Positions 1 to 10,803 are shown, numbered from the stretch's first letter. The stretch: DNA of 62,147 nt from Schmidtea nova (GCA_044892505.1 CM097883.1:205965854-206028000), one strand, 5' to 3'. Notes: generated by a model from the sequence alone, not told the origin. Made by a program: numbers and translations.

Positions 1-80
1 ACCTTTGATCTTTTTTTATTATTATTATCAATAATTCTCATAATGACTATAGATCAAAATTTTTTTTTATATAAACAATA

Positions 81-115
81 ACACAATATTTCGGCACAGC
101 CTTTATCAAGTGTGT
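81..115 (-). ncRNA. Minimal type-I hammerhead ribozyme motif (U3-A8 variant) in the PLE 3' tail
   Basis: Minus strand reads ACAC-TTGATAA-A-GGC-TGT-GCC-GAAA-TATT-GTGT: helix I ACAC/GUGU, core UUGAUAA...GAAA, 3-bp helix II, palindromic AUAU in place of helix III. Confidence 0.7.
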
Positions 116-212
116 ATTTCTATCGTTATATTGACTTAATCCTAAATAGTAGCCTTAATTATTTTTTTAATATTTTATAATGATTTTATTGGATGAAAAA
201 ATTTATTTTATT

Positions 213-1697
213 TTAATTTTTTTGTGCGAATTGAATGTTGATGGACGGTTTGTATTTTTTTATGAAAAAAGTCTCGGAAGCTAATCTTTGTAATGAATTT
301 TTGAATCCCTCTTGTAGGATCTGGCATTTTGTTTCTTCTATAGATGGAGTTGTTTTATGTACTTTTTCCCAGTGTTCGTAATAATTACTGGTTTTGATTT
401 TAGTATGTTCATTAAGTCGGGTGCGAAAAGTTCTATGTGTTTCTCCTATGTAAGTAGCGTCACATTTTTGACAAGAAAGTTTATATACTATATTTTTGGA
501 AAAGCAAAAGCATCGGGTTGTGGAACGACAAAGACATTTATGTTTGGAGATGTTGGAAATTGGTGGCTTTCGGAGTTGTGATTTTAACGGTGCGGAGGTT
601 ATGAACGTTGGACGGATGTGGATAGGCAAATCTGTTTGATTAAAAATGTTGGTGATTTTGTTGGCTGTAGTGTCATTTAGGAAAGGTAATCTTAGATATG
701 TTGTGTGTTTGTTATTGTTATTGTGTTTCTGGCGTTTTCTATTGTTGCGTTTATTGTGGTATGGTTCGTTAAGGAAGTGTTTCTTTACAAAGTCTTCAGG
801 GTATCCATTTTGGAGGAATCGTATTTTGAAGTTTTCTAATGTTTCTTGTATTTTGTTTGCGTCTGAACAGTTTCTTATGGCTCTTTTTCTTTCTCCTATT
901 AGTAATGCGATTTTGCGTTGAAGTGGAACGTGGCTTTTCCATGGGAGGATATGACCGCTATGTAAACCTTTAGAATATAGCTCGGTGTTTGCATTTAGTG
1001 TATCTTGGCCTTTTGTGAAACTTACCATGGTATCTAAAAACGGTATTCTACCTTCTGTGTTCGGTGTTTCAAAAGTAAATTGTATGTTGGTGTTAGTAGA
1101 ATTTGCGTGTGATAGGATTTGATTGAGAGGGATTGTGGAGACTATGAAGATGTCGTCGATGTATCGTTTCCAGAAAAGTATTTTGTCCCCAAAAAAAGAT
1201 ATGATCTTAGATTCTATAAAGTTCATGTAGAAGATGGCTAAGATGGGAGAAAGGTTATTACCCATGGCTAATCCATGAATTTGTTTGAATGGTTTTTCTT
1301 TAATTATGACAGTATCTGAATTTATTGCTAATTTTAGAAGTTCTATAAAGTCTTGTTTAGTTAAGTCTGCGAGGTCAGTATTGGCTTTATGAGTTTCAAA
1401 GAAAGAAGCTGCGATATCGAAAATGTTATTCTCTCCGTGAAGAGGAATAAATCCGTAAAGATTGGAAACGTCAAGAGATCCCCAGAAGTACTGTTGTCCT
1501 GAGTTTAACGGAAGAGACGTATTTGTAATTTCGGAGACGAATTCAGTTGTGTTTTTAAGATGAGAAGGAACCAAAGGCAAAAGTGTTTTTAGAATTTCTG
1601 AAAGAACTTTAGAAAGTGTTGTGGAAGGAGTGTCAACTGCAGATACAAGAGGTCTACCTTTTAAAGGACTTTTGTGATCTTTAGGTAACATAGTCAT
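213..1697 (-). CDS. PLE reverse transcriptase + C-terminal GIY-YIG endonuclease (5'-truncated; frame stays open upstream to ~2030)
   Basis: RT motifs SLDVSNLY, GLAMGNNLSPILA, RYIDDIF, FLD; Cys-rich linker then NIVYKLSCxxC-YIGET-R-R-NEH. The upstream in-frame ILPSDKTNR matches the PLE ADKG motif. Confidence 0.93.
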   Translation of the reverse strand: MTMLPKDHKSPLKGRPLVSAVDTPSTTLSKVLSEILKTLLPLVPSHLKNTTEFVSEITNTSLPLNSGQQYFWGSLDVSNLYGFIPLHGENNIFDIAASFFETHKANTDLADLTKQDFIELLKLAINSDTVIIKEKPFKQIHGLAMGNNLSPILAIFYMNFIESKIISFFGDKILFWKRYIDDIFIVSTIPLNQILSHANSTNTNIQFTFETPNTEGRIPFLDTMVSFTKGQDTLNANTELYSKGLHSGHILPWKSHVPLQRKIALLIGERKRAIRNCSDANKIQETLENFKIRFLQNGYPEDFVKKHFLNEPYHNKRNNRKRQKHNNNNKHTTYLRLPFLNDTTANKITNIFNQTDLPIHIRPTFITSAPLKSQLRKPPISNISKHKCLCRSTTRCFCFSKNIVYKLSCQKCDATYIGETHRTFRTRLNEHTKIKTSNYYEHWEKVHKTTPSIEETKCQILQEGFKNSLQRLASETFFIKKYKPSINIQFAQKN

Positions 1698-2302
1698 ATT
1701 ACTAGGTAAAGGCTCACTGCAGTTGCATTTTAAAAGTAAATCTTTGATTTGAAGGTTAATTTGTTTATTTGCAAGTGTTGAAAGTTTCTTATTGTATAAA
1801 ATCTGAGTCGATGCAGGTAAGATTATTTTGTTTATCGGTTCATAGTTCGAGAGATGTTCTTCAAATAGAGTATTGTATTGTTCTGTGTCAAGAGCAATTA
1901 GTCGATTTGTTTTATCTGATGGAAGAATTGTGAAGTCTTTGGAATTCTTAATTTTCTTTATGTTTGAAGTGAAAGAATTTTGTGTTGAGCAATGTTTTTC
2001 AAGAAAGATAATTTGTTCTCTGACTAAAGTTTAAGAATTAAGAATTAATTAAGAATTCCAAAGACTTCACAATTCTTCCATCAGATAAAACAAATCGACT
2101 AATTGCTCTTGACACAGAACAATACAATACTCTATTTGAAGAACATCTCTCGAACTATGAACCGATAAACAAAATAATCTTACCTGCATCGACTCAGATT
2201 TTATACAATAAGAAACTTTCAACACTTGCAAATAAACAAATTAACCTTCAAATCAAAGATTTACTTTTAAAATGCAACTGCAGTGAGCCTTTACCTAGTA
2301 AT

Positions 2303-3787
2303 ATGACTATGTTACCTAAAGATCACAAAAGTCCTTTAAAAGGTAGACCTCTTGTATCTGCAGTTGACACTCCTTCCACAACACTTTCTAAAGTTCTTTC
2401 AGAAATTCTAAAAACACTTTTGCCTTTGGTTCCTTCTCATCTTAAAAACACAACTGAATTCGTCTCCGAAATTACAAATACGTCTCTTCCGTTAAACTCA
2501 GGACAACAGTACTTCTGGGGATCTCTTGACGTTTCCAATCTTTACGGATCTATTCCTCTTCACGGAGAGAATAACATTTTCGATATCGCAGCTTCTTTCT
2601 TTGAAACTCATAAAGCCAATACTGACCTCGCAGACTTAACTAAACAAGACTTTATAGAACTTCTAAAATTAGCAATAAATTCAGATACTGTCATAATTAA
2701 AGAAAAACCATTCAAACAAATTCATGGATTAGCCATGGGTAATAACCTTTCTCCCATCTTAGCCATCTTCTACATGAACTTTATAGAATCTAAGATCATA
2801 TCTTTTTTTGGGGACAAAATACTTTTCTGGAAACGATACATCGACGACATCTTCATAGTCTCCACAATCCCTCTCAATCAAATCCTATCACACGCAAATT
2901 CTACTAACACCAACATACAATTTACTTTTGAAACACCGAACACAGAAGGTAGAATACCGTTTTTAGATACCATGGTAAGTTTCACAAAAGGCCAAGATAC
3001 ACTAAATGCAAACACCGAGCTATATTCTAAAGGTTTACATAGCGGTCATATCCTCCCATGGAAAAGCCACGTTCCACTTCAACGCAAAATCGCATTACTA
3101 ATAGGAGAAAGAAAAAGAGCCATAAGAAACTGTTCAGACGCAAACAAAATACAAGAAACATTAGAAAACTTCAAAATACGATTCCTCCAAAATGGATACC
3201 CTGAAGACTTTGTAAAGAAACACTTCCTTAACGAACCATACCACAATAAACGCAACAATAGAAAACGCCAGAAACACAATAACAATAACAAACACACAAC
3301 ATATCTAAGATTACCTTTCCTAAATGACACTACAGCCAACAAAATCACCAACATTTTTAATCAAACAGATTTGCCTATCCACATCCGTCCAACGTTCATA
3401 ACCTCCGCACCGTTAAAATCACAACTCCGAAAGCCACCAATTTCCAACATCTCCAAACATAAATGTCTTTGTCGTTCCACAACCCGATGCTTTTGCTTTT
3501 CCAAAAATATAGTATATAAACTTTCTTGTCAAAAATGTGACGCTACTTACATAGGAGAAACACATAGAACTTTTCGCACCCGACTTAATGAACATACTAA
3601 AATCAAAACCAGTAATTATTACGAACACTGGGAAAAAGTACATAAAACAACTCCATCTATAGAAGAAACAAAATGCCAGATCCTACAAGAGGGATTCAAA
3701 AATTCATTACAAAGATTAGCTTCCGAGACTTTTTTCATAAAAAAATACAAACCGTCCATCAACATTCAATTCGCACAAAAAAATTAA
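2303..3787 (+). CDS. PLE reverse transcriptase + C-terminal GIY-YIG endonuclease (second copy; frame open from ~2048)
   Basis: Identical to 213..1697 except YGSIP vs YGFIP. Confidence 0.93.
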   Translation: MTMLPKDHKSPLKGRPLVSAVDTPSTTLSKVLSEILKTLLPLVPSHLKNTTEFVSEITNTSLPLNSGQQYFWGSLDVSNLYGSIPLHGENNIFDIAASFFETHKANTDLADLTKQDFIELLKLAINSDTVIIKEKPFKQIHGLAMGNNLSPILAIFYMNFIESKIISFFGDKILFWKRYIDDIFIVSTIPLNQILSHANSTNTNIQFTFETPNTEGRIPFLDTMVSFTKGQDTLNANTELYSKGLHSGHILPWKSHVPLQRKIALLIGERKRAIRNCSDANKIQETLENFKIRFLQNGYPEDFVKKHFLNEPYHNKRNNRKRQKHNNNNKHTTYLRLPFLNDTTANKITNIFNQTDLPIHIRPTFITSAPLKSQLRKPPISNISKHKCLCRSTTRCFCFSKNIVYKLSCQKCDATYIGETHRTFRTRLNEHTKIKTSNYYEHWEKVHKTTPSIEETKCQILQEGFKNSLQRLASETFFIKKYKPSINIQFAQKN

Positions 3788-3884
3788 AATAAAATAAATT
3801 TTTTCATCCAATAAAATCATTATAAAATATTAAAAAAATAATTAAGGCTACTATTTAGGATTAAGTAAATATAACGATAGAAAT

Positions 3885-3919
3885 ACACACTTGATAAAGG
3901 CTGTGCCGAAATATTGTGT
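3885..3919 (+). ncRNA. Minimal hammerhead ribozyme motif (U3-A8 variant), right-arm PLE tail
   Basis: acacacttgataaaggctgtgccgaaatattgtgt, ~100 nt after the ORF stop. Confidence 0.7.
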
Positions 3920-3971
3920 TATTGTTTATATAAAAAAAAATTTTGATCTATAGTCATTATGAGAATTATTG

Positions 3972-4030
<59 letters not shown>

Positions 4031-4052
4031 TAATAATAATAATAATAATAAT
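3972..4052. repeat. (AAT)n microsatellite abutting the PLE right tail
   Basis: Directly visible. Confidence 0.95.
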
Positions 4053-4585
4053 ATGACTTTATAAAAATATTCAACACAAAAAAAACAAATTAAAAATATT
4101 GTCGTAGTTTTTATTGATTGCGCAATATTATTTACAATCAAAAATAAGGCCCTAAAGAGGACCATTATTTCATTCTCAATCTGTTTTCGTATGTCTTTTC
4201 GGTTTTCGGTTTTCTGAATCTGTTTTCTGAATCTGTTTTCGGTTTTCTGAATCTGTTTTCCTTTCTGTTTTATTTTCTGTTTATTTTCTGTTTATGTTTC
4301 TAAAATCTAAATATGAAAAAAAACAAAAACTGTTTTTTACAATCATAAATTGTGGCCCTAAAGAGGGCCGATTTTGCATTCTCATATCTTTTTTTCTGAT
4401 TTTCTTGATCCTTCTGAATATCTTCTTATTTTTTTTTTGATTTTCTGTTTTATTTTTTTTGATTTTCGGTTATTTTTTTTTGGTAATCTTTATTTCCGTT
4501 TATTTCTAGCCATCATTGCAAATAATTATGCTCCGGCTCTTCGTAAAAGAAATACGGATCGTCATCTTGTATCTGTTGTTGTAGC

Positions 4586-4616
<31 letters not shown>

Positions 4617-7600
4617 GATTCTGATGCTGAGGTTGCTCCGTATCTAAAATACTGTTACCCCCTCTATAATGGCCATATGCCAGGATTTTATTTTTCCCTA
4701 CCAAATTACGCTTGTCATCTCTACAGCTTAATGCCCTCTTATGATTTTTAACACTAAAAAGTTGATGATTTTTAGATGTTATCCTAAACTGGGGGACCGT
4801 ATAGATCTTATTATTTACATAGCAATCTAGATACGACTGATGAGTTAGTCCAGTATCCTTCATGCATATCCCCTTAGCCTTCATACTCTCCTCATCACCC
4901 ATTAAGCTGTAGCATTTCGGTCTAAGAAACACCCACTCTTTATACAGCATCCCTTTACTCTCGTCTTTGAACTTTCCAATGACAGAGTCAAGGTTTCTAT
5001 TGTATAAAGGATCCATAGGGTCATAATTGGAAGTGTCCAGCAAGCAATCATTAACCATAGCCGGTAAAAGAGTGTCAAGACTACTGTTTTTTACCTCAAG
5101 AAAAAAGGAGTCAGTATCCCCAGCAACGATGTTAATCTTACAGTTGAACTCGTCACGATATTTTTGTAACTCGACATACTGTAGCTGGTACATTCTTAGT
5201 TTGGATAAATCCAGTACAGTTTGACCGATGTAGCTGGGTCTATCCAAACATATTGACTCCTTTCGCAGCAAAACAGAAATCAGGTCATTATCTATTTTAT
5301 TAGTTTTACGAAACGTAGGTTTCGAGCAATAAGTGATTAATTTTTTGGCATTATTACATAGACGCAAATTAATGCGTTTTTTAAAATTTTCAACAGTCTT
5401 GCCGTAAAGACTGTTGTTTAATAATTTATAAAAATCGCGATCTAATTTATTTGTTGACGCTGATCTTAACGTCGTATTTGTGTTTATATAATTTAAAAAA
5501 ATTTTATTTTGGTTAAATTTTATAGCCCTGTGGACTTTTGTTATAATGATGCCTAATTTAACAAATAGTTGCAGAAGCCGCCAATGAAGAACATAGTTCT
5601 TCTTTGGATTATGCGTGAGCATCAGCTTCTCAACCTTGGATCCCGGTGCACACATCTTTTAAGCGGCAACTGGAAGATCATCCAGTTTGTCGTGAATTGA
5701 TGCCGGTATCTCCAAATCCACTTCTATGGTGTAGCCATAATGAAGTACATCTAGATCGACCGATGTGCACTCACAAACGATTTCATTTAATAAGTGGTCA
5801 TCAGTGACCCATTCGAAATTAGAGCAAGGTAAAGGTTGGCTTAAGGCCCATCCATACAAATTATTGATGTCAATGTAAAGCAATGCGGTATCCGGGCTTG
5901 TTTTTACATAATGTTTGTTAATGAAGGTTAGTCCGCCACGGATACCGCCCTCGAAAAAGTTGTACATCTCCATATCGGTGAGGAGCTCAATTGGAGATTC
6001 TAAGGTCATTAATGCGGAACTCCAAGATAAACTTGGAATCCCGAGGAAATTCAGAGGTTCAAGTCTATTATGATTAATAGACTTGAAACGAAATTGCTGG
6101 AAAAAATCAGCAAGTAAAAAAACGTCGAGTTTTAAATAAACCATCATGTAATCAAAAAGTGAATTACATGATGTTTCAACCCATATTCTTTGTGCCATTT
6201 CGTATTCTGCTTGTTTTACATCTTTCCAGATCGGTGGAAGAGATAAGGTTGAATGTAAAACTTCTAAGGAAGTTGCAGCATCATAGGGAAAAATGCCCTT
6301 GGCTGTAATTATAGTGCCTTGAAATTCTGATTCGGTGAGTGGTAAGGAAGTAAGAGTTTTGACAGCATTATTTCAAGACTCGCTGACGAATTGGTATGAG
6401 TCTATGAATTCTACAGTTAAAGAGTCAATCCTAGCAAAAAGACTAAGAAATTTCTCACTGGTTAAGGGAATACAACTTATATTCCATTTTCGGTATTTGG
6501 ATAAACCATATTTTAGAATATGGTGTAGATCATACCCCTTTAAATTATGAAAGATAACAGGAAGGGTATCTCTAATCTGTCTGGATTTATTACATTCTGA
6601 GCAAGTTGCTCCAAGAAAAAGACCGGTGAAACTTGTCATGATCCCTAACAGGTCTACATAAAAGCTTTTTACACAAATAACAAATTGTGCTGTTATTAAA
6701 TTCAATTTGTTGCTCATGACTTATTATCATTTTTTTATTTGAATTTTTAAAATAGTATGGTGTTACTATGTGGCGACTTATAAGTTCTATTTCATTAAGA
6801 AATTCTTCTACACAATTAAGGCCGGCAAAAGATTTATATGTTTTTTGACCAGAAAAGTTGTTAATTAATAACAAACCGGCAGAAATAGGCAAATGCTTTT
6901 GGAAATACCAGGTGTTCGGAGGTAAAATTGCCTCAAAGTCGGCATAAATAACAAAGGGAGGAGTCACTGTTTTGCGCCAATCAGTAAATTCGAGCATTTT
7001 ATTTTTTGGTAATGTGTACAAAGTTGTACCAGTTTGATTTTTATCACAAAGACCCCTATGCCTATTGAAAACTTCATCATTTCTAAACCCATTTAAACAT
7101 CTCGGACACCATTTACTACAAATCCTTACCGGGGTTATCGAGCTATTACGACAATTCAAAAATCGATTTAAATCAAAGATACCTATATAATGATAAGTTT
7201 TTCTGTTCTCAAGCAATAACAGATTTATTGGGGTACCACCTACAACTTTTGACTTGTAAATTAAGTCTATAAAAGGGTGTTTAAGAACAATATCCTCATT
7301 GTCATCAGTAATATCTAATAAGGCATTTTCATCATATGACATAACATTAATGCTATAACCAGGGTTTTGTCGCTCAAATTTACTGATATTTCCAAGTCTC
7401 ATTGGCATATCATTGGGGTCATAATTTAATTGTGAAAGATTGTAAGATGAAGGAATACAACGAGTTTCATTCGTTAAACTATCATATTTAATTATCGAAA
7501 GAAAGCTATATAAAAAACAAAAGTTGTCCTCATTCACGACATTAACTAAGCATTTCTTTTTCCGTAAAGATTTAGGAGTATCGATAGACTGACTTCCGCC

Positions 7601-8205
7601 TAATCTAGTTATTTCAGAGTATCTGGTCAAGACAAAGCTTATGTACTCTACTTTGGAGATAGTCCAGTTACTACCTTATTACCTTATTACTACCGCTATT
7701 ATTTTTTCATTTAAAAGAGCAATACCTTCTTCAATGAAAGTATCACTCCAGACCCTGGCAGAATTTGAGATAACGAACGATTGTAATTCATCGTCTTTCT
7801 CAAATTCCACCTTCAAACAGAATTGGATTTTAACGGTTTTTAATTTGTTGACATAAAAATTTAATTTTTTTAAAAGAATTGTCGGTACTGAGACCGTTTT
7901 CAAATTTAAATTTTCAACGTCCATTTTAATAATTATATGATTATTATTTAGGTCATTTATGATCTCGACGACACCATATCCTATTTGGTTAATATTATTT
8001 AAATTATTATTATTATTTAAATTTTCATCATCACTGATGACTATTAATTCATCATCAGTGAGATCTATTATTTGAATTTTAGTAGGAACTGAATCCGGTA
8101 TTTTAATATGTTTTCTTTTATTATTATTTAAATTATTTGTATTATTTGTATTATTGATATTATTTAAATTATTTGTAAGATTATTATTTGTATTATTTAG
8201 ATTAT

Positions 8206-8399
8206 CATAATTATCTTTTTTCACCTTTGATCTTTTTTTATTATTATTATCAATAATTCTCATAATGACTATAGATCAAATTTTTTTTATAAACAATAAC
8301 ACAATATTATACACACTTGATAAAGGCTGTGCCGAAATATTGTGTTATTGTTTATAAAAAAAATTTGATCTATAGTCATTATGAGAATTATTGATAATA
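8206..8399. mobile_element. 194-bp palindromic mini-PLE (inverted tail + hammerhead + tail) inserted in pPolB
   Basis: 8223..8308 matches the tail at 1..90 and 8311..8399 matches 3885..3975. Flanked by the 14-bp direct repeat attatttagattat (8192-8205, 8400-8413). Confidence 0.85.
8311..8345 (+). ncRNA. Minimal hammerhead ribozyme motif in the mini-PLE
   Basis: Identical to 3885..3919. Confidence 0.68.
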
Positions 8400-8844
8400 A
8401 TTATTTAGATTATTTGTATTATTTAGATTGTTTGTATTATTTGTATTATTTGTATTATTTAGATTATTATTTAGATTATTATTATTTATAGTATTAATTA
8501 TAGGATTAATTTGGTTGTTGTTAATAAAATTAGGAAAAATTTGCTTAAATAAAATTTTCTTGGAAGGCTGAAACTGCGAAAGATGTCTACAGTGCCTATT
8601 AAAGAAATCAAAATATGGGGAAATTTCGATAAGTTTACAGGTGTGGCATAGGAGGTGGGTAACATTATTATATGTCAACGAGTAGTATTTTTCCATAATG
8701 ACATGGCAATCATTATGGAACCTACTGTTGCAAAAATTTTTGTAGGTTGAACCTGAATTTAAATAAATATTTAAATAAATTTTCAATATACATATAACAT
8801 TATAAATACAAAAATTATATCAAAAATCAATATTTCATCATATA

Positions 8845-9162
8845 CAGTAAATTGTTGCATATATAATTCTATTTCATAAATGTTTATTATCAAAAAATGA
8901 ATAAAGTAAATTGTTTCATATATATAATTCTATTTCATAAATGTTTATTATCAAAAAAAATGAATAAAGTAAATTGTTTCATATATATAATTCTATTTCA
9001 TAAATGTTTATTATCAATAAAATGGATAAAGTAAATTGGTTCATATATATAATTCTATTTCATAAATGTTTTTTATCAATAAAATGAATAAAGTAAATTG
9101 TTTCATATATATAATTCTATTTCATAAATGTTTATTATCAATAAAATGAATAAAGTAAATTG

Positions 9163-9222
<60 letters not shown>

Positions 9223-9525
9223 CTATTTCATAAATGTTTATTATCAATAAAATGGATAAAGAAAATTGGTTCATATATATAATTCTATTTCATAAATGTT
9301 TTTTATCAATAAAATGAATAAAGTAAATTGTTTCATATATATAATTCTATTTCATAAATGTTTATTATCAATAAATGGATAAAGTAAATTGTTTCATATA
9401 TATATATATATATAATTCTATTTCATAAATGTTTTTTATCAATAAAATGAATAAAGTAAATTGGTTCATATATATAATTCTATTTCATAAATGTTTTTTA
9501 TCAATAAAATGAATAAAGTAAATTG

Positions 9526-9565
<40 letters not shown>

Positions 9566-9740
9566 CTATTTCATAAATGTTTATTATCAATAAAATGGAT
9601 AAAGTAAATTGTTTCATATATATAATTCTATTACATAAATGTTTTTTATCAAAAAAAAAAACAAAATGAATATTTCATAATATAATTCTATTACATAAAT
9701 GTTTTTTATCACAAAAAAGTAAAATGAATATTTCATAATA
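8845..9740. repeat. ~62-bp AT-rich minisatellite, ~12 copies plus 2 degenerate, with variable internal (TA)n
   Basis: Unit aaagtaaattgtttcatatatataattctatttcataaatgtttattatcaataaaatgaat. Confidence 0.93.
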
Positions 9741-9895
9741 TAAATACTTTTAATATTATACTTTTAAATCATTTTGAAATGGTTTGAAAAACAATTACAA
9801 AATGATTTAAAAATAATATATTAAAAGTATTATTTAAATTAAAAACTCATGTTAAAAAAAAATAAATTCAATAATAAATTTTAACAAATTCTTAC

Positions 9896-10423
9896 ATTTG
9901 TTCTTCCCATAAATTGGGGCATCCAGATTAGCGACAACATTCGGGACACCAACATTCGGGACGTCATTCGGGACCTCATCGTCCATATCCACATTTCTCA
10001 TAATATTCATATTATCTGAAAAATTTATAATTAAATAATATTAATAAAATAAATAAATCAAATTACAATTAAATCGTCCCATTGACGAAAATACCCCCAT
10101 CCTTGGTGATGCTTCGGCATTGTTAATGTTGTTGTTGTTGTTATTGTTGTTGTTGCTATTATTATCTAAAGTAAAGTAATAATAATAATAATAATAATAA
10201 ATATTACCTAAAAATCGGATTCCATTGTGTTCTCCAACTCGTATTCTTGGAGCAACATTGAAAGATGTCGACTGGTCATCCTGTCGCATCATAACTGTTG
10301 CGAGATTTTGCGCAATATTCATTTCTGAAAGGAAATAATAATAAAATTCAAAATAAAAATAATAAATTTACCATTTACACCTCCTGCGAAATTTCTTTTC
10401 TTTGATATTCTAATATTATTCAT
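9896..10423 (-). CDS. Spliced multi-exon ORF of the Polinton (exons 10423-10372, 10324-10208, 10165-10067, 10015-9896); possibly the 5' exons of pPolB
   Basis: Three GT-AG phase-1 introns of 47, 42 and 51 bp give a continuous frame MNNIRISKKRNFAGGVN-EMNIAQ...DAPIYGKNK, followed by another GTAAGA donor at 9895. Confidence 0.6.
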
Positions 10424-10503
10424 CTTTGATTGAGTGATAATTGATAATTGATTTGAAAATTGATTTGAAAATTTATAAGTAAAAAGTGACGAAATAATGC
10501 AAG

Positions 10504-10711
10504 TATATACTATATAAAGATGAATTTTATTAACCGACCAATCAGAATCGAGATAGGATAGGCATATACATGCACACATACTGCACACTCAATATACTTT
10601 GTTTATGTGTTTGACGTCACGATACTTGCTTTGTATCGTGACAAAGACATGATATGACATGTTTTATCATGTGCTTATCACGCACTGATCACGCACTGGT
10701 CATGTCTTTGT
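10504..10711 (-). promoter_or_regulatory. Putative Pol II promoter: TATA-like (10504-10517), CCAAT box CGATTCTGATTGGT (10537-10550), CRE TGACGTCA (10612-10619) with nested inverted repeats
   Basis: Motifs lie upstream of the ATG at 10423; the same CCAAT block recurs at 15303 and 15358. Confidence 0.5.
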
Positions 10712-10803
10712 GATTAAAATAATAATATTCAATATTAATAATAAAAATAATAATATTTTATAAAAATAATAATAAAAAAAAATAATAAAATCACATAATA
10801 CAT

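Larger units (their letters stand above)
1..3975. mobile_element. Penelope-like retroelement (PLE), two 5'-truncated copies head-to-head (~4-kb palindrome centred near 2000, tails outward)
   Basis: About 25..1953 is the reverse complement of 2047..3975 (coordinates sum to 4000); I see only 2 substitutions. Spacer is 1954..2046. Both arms carry an RT+GIY-YIG ORF and a hammerhead-bearing tail. The left end runs off the window. Confidence 0.92.
4513..8786 (-). pseudogene. Protein-primed family B DNA polymerase (pPolB) with endonuclease VII-like insert; disrupted
   Basis: Exo motifs IYADFEA, FHNLKGYD, YLKLDV; pol motifs YIDINNLYG, KLLNNSLYGK, AGDTDS, KAKG; CYLC...VRDHD-FTG-GATCSECN insert. Lesions: nonsense codons at 5659 and 6373, frameshift ~6635, double stop 7676-7681, PLE insertion 8206-8399. 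Poly-Q at the C terminus. Confidence 0.93.

Noticed and set aside
1-45. Identity of the window start with 8223-8265 suggested the big PLE sat at the same site in a second pPolB copy (a PLE-Polinton chimera)
   Set aside because: The same aaagatcaaaggtgaaa sequence follows the hammerhead in the unrelated copies at 41524 and 61803, so it is PLE tail, not Polinton flank.
357-921. Antisense ORFs within the PLE, pPolB and Gypsy genes
   Set aside because: Shadows of strand-biased coding sequence; no motifs.
3926-4165. Poly-Ile/Leu or IYIY ORFs (also 4374, 18616, 30249, 35124, 43622, 43710)
   Set aside because: Translations of (AAT)n, (GTT)n or (TA)n microsatellites.
8845-9740. CRISPR-like array
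   Set aside because: No unique spacers, only variable (TA)n; eukaryotic context; no cas genes.
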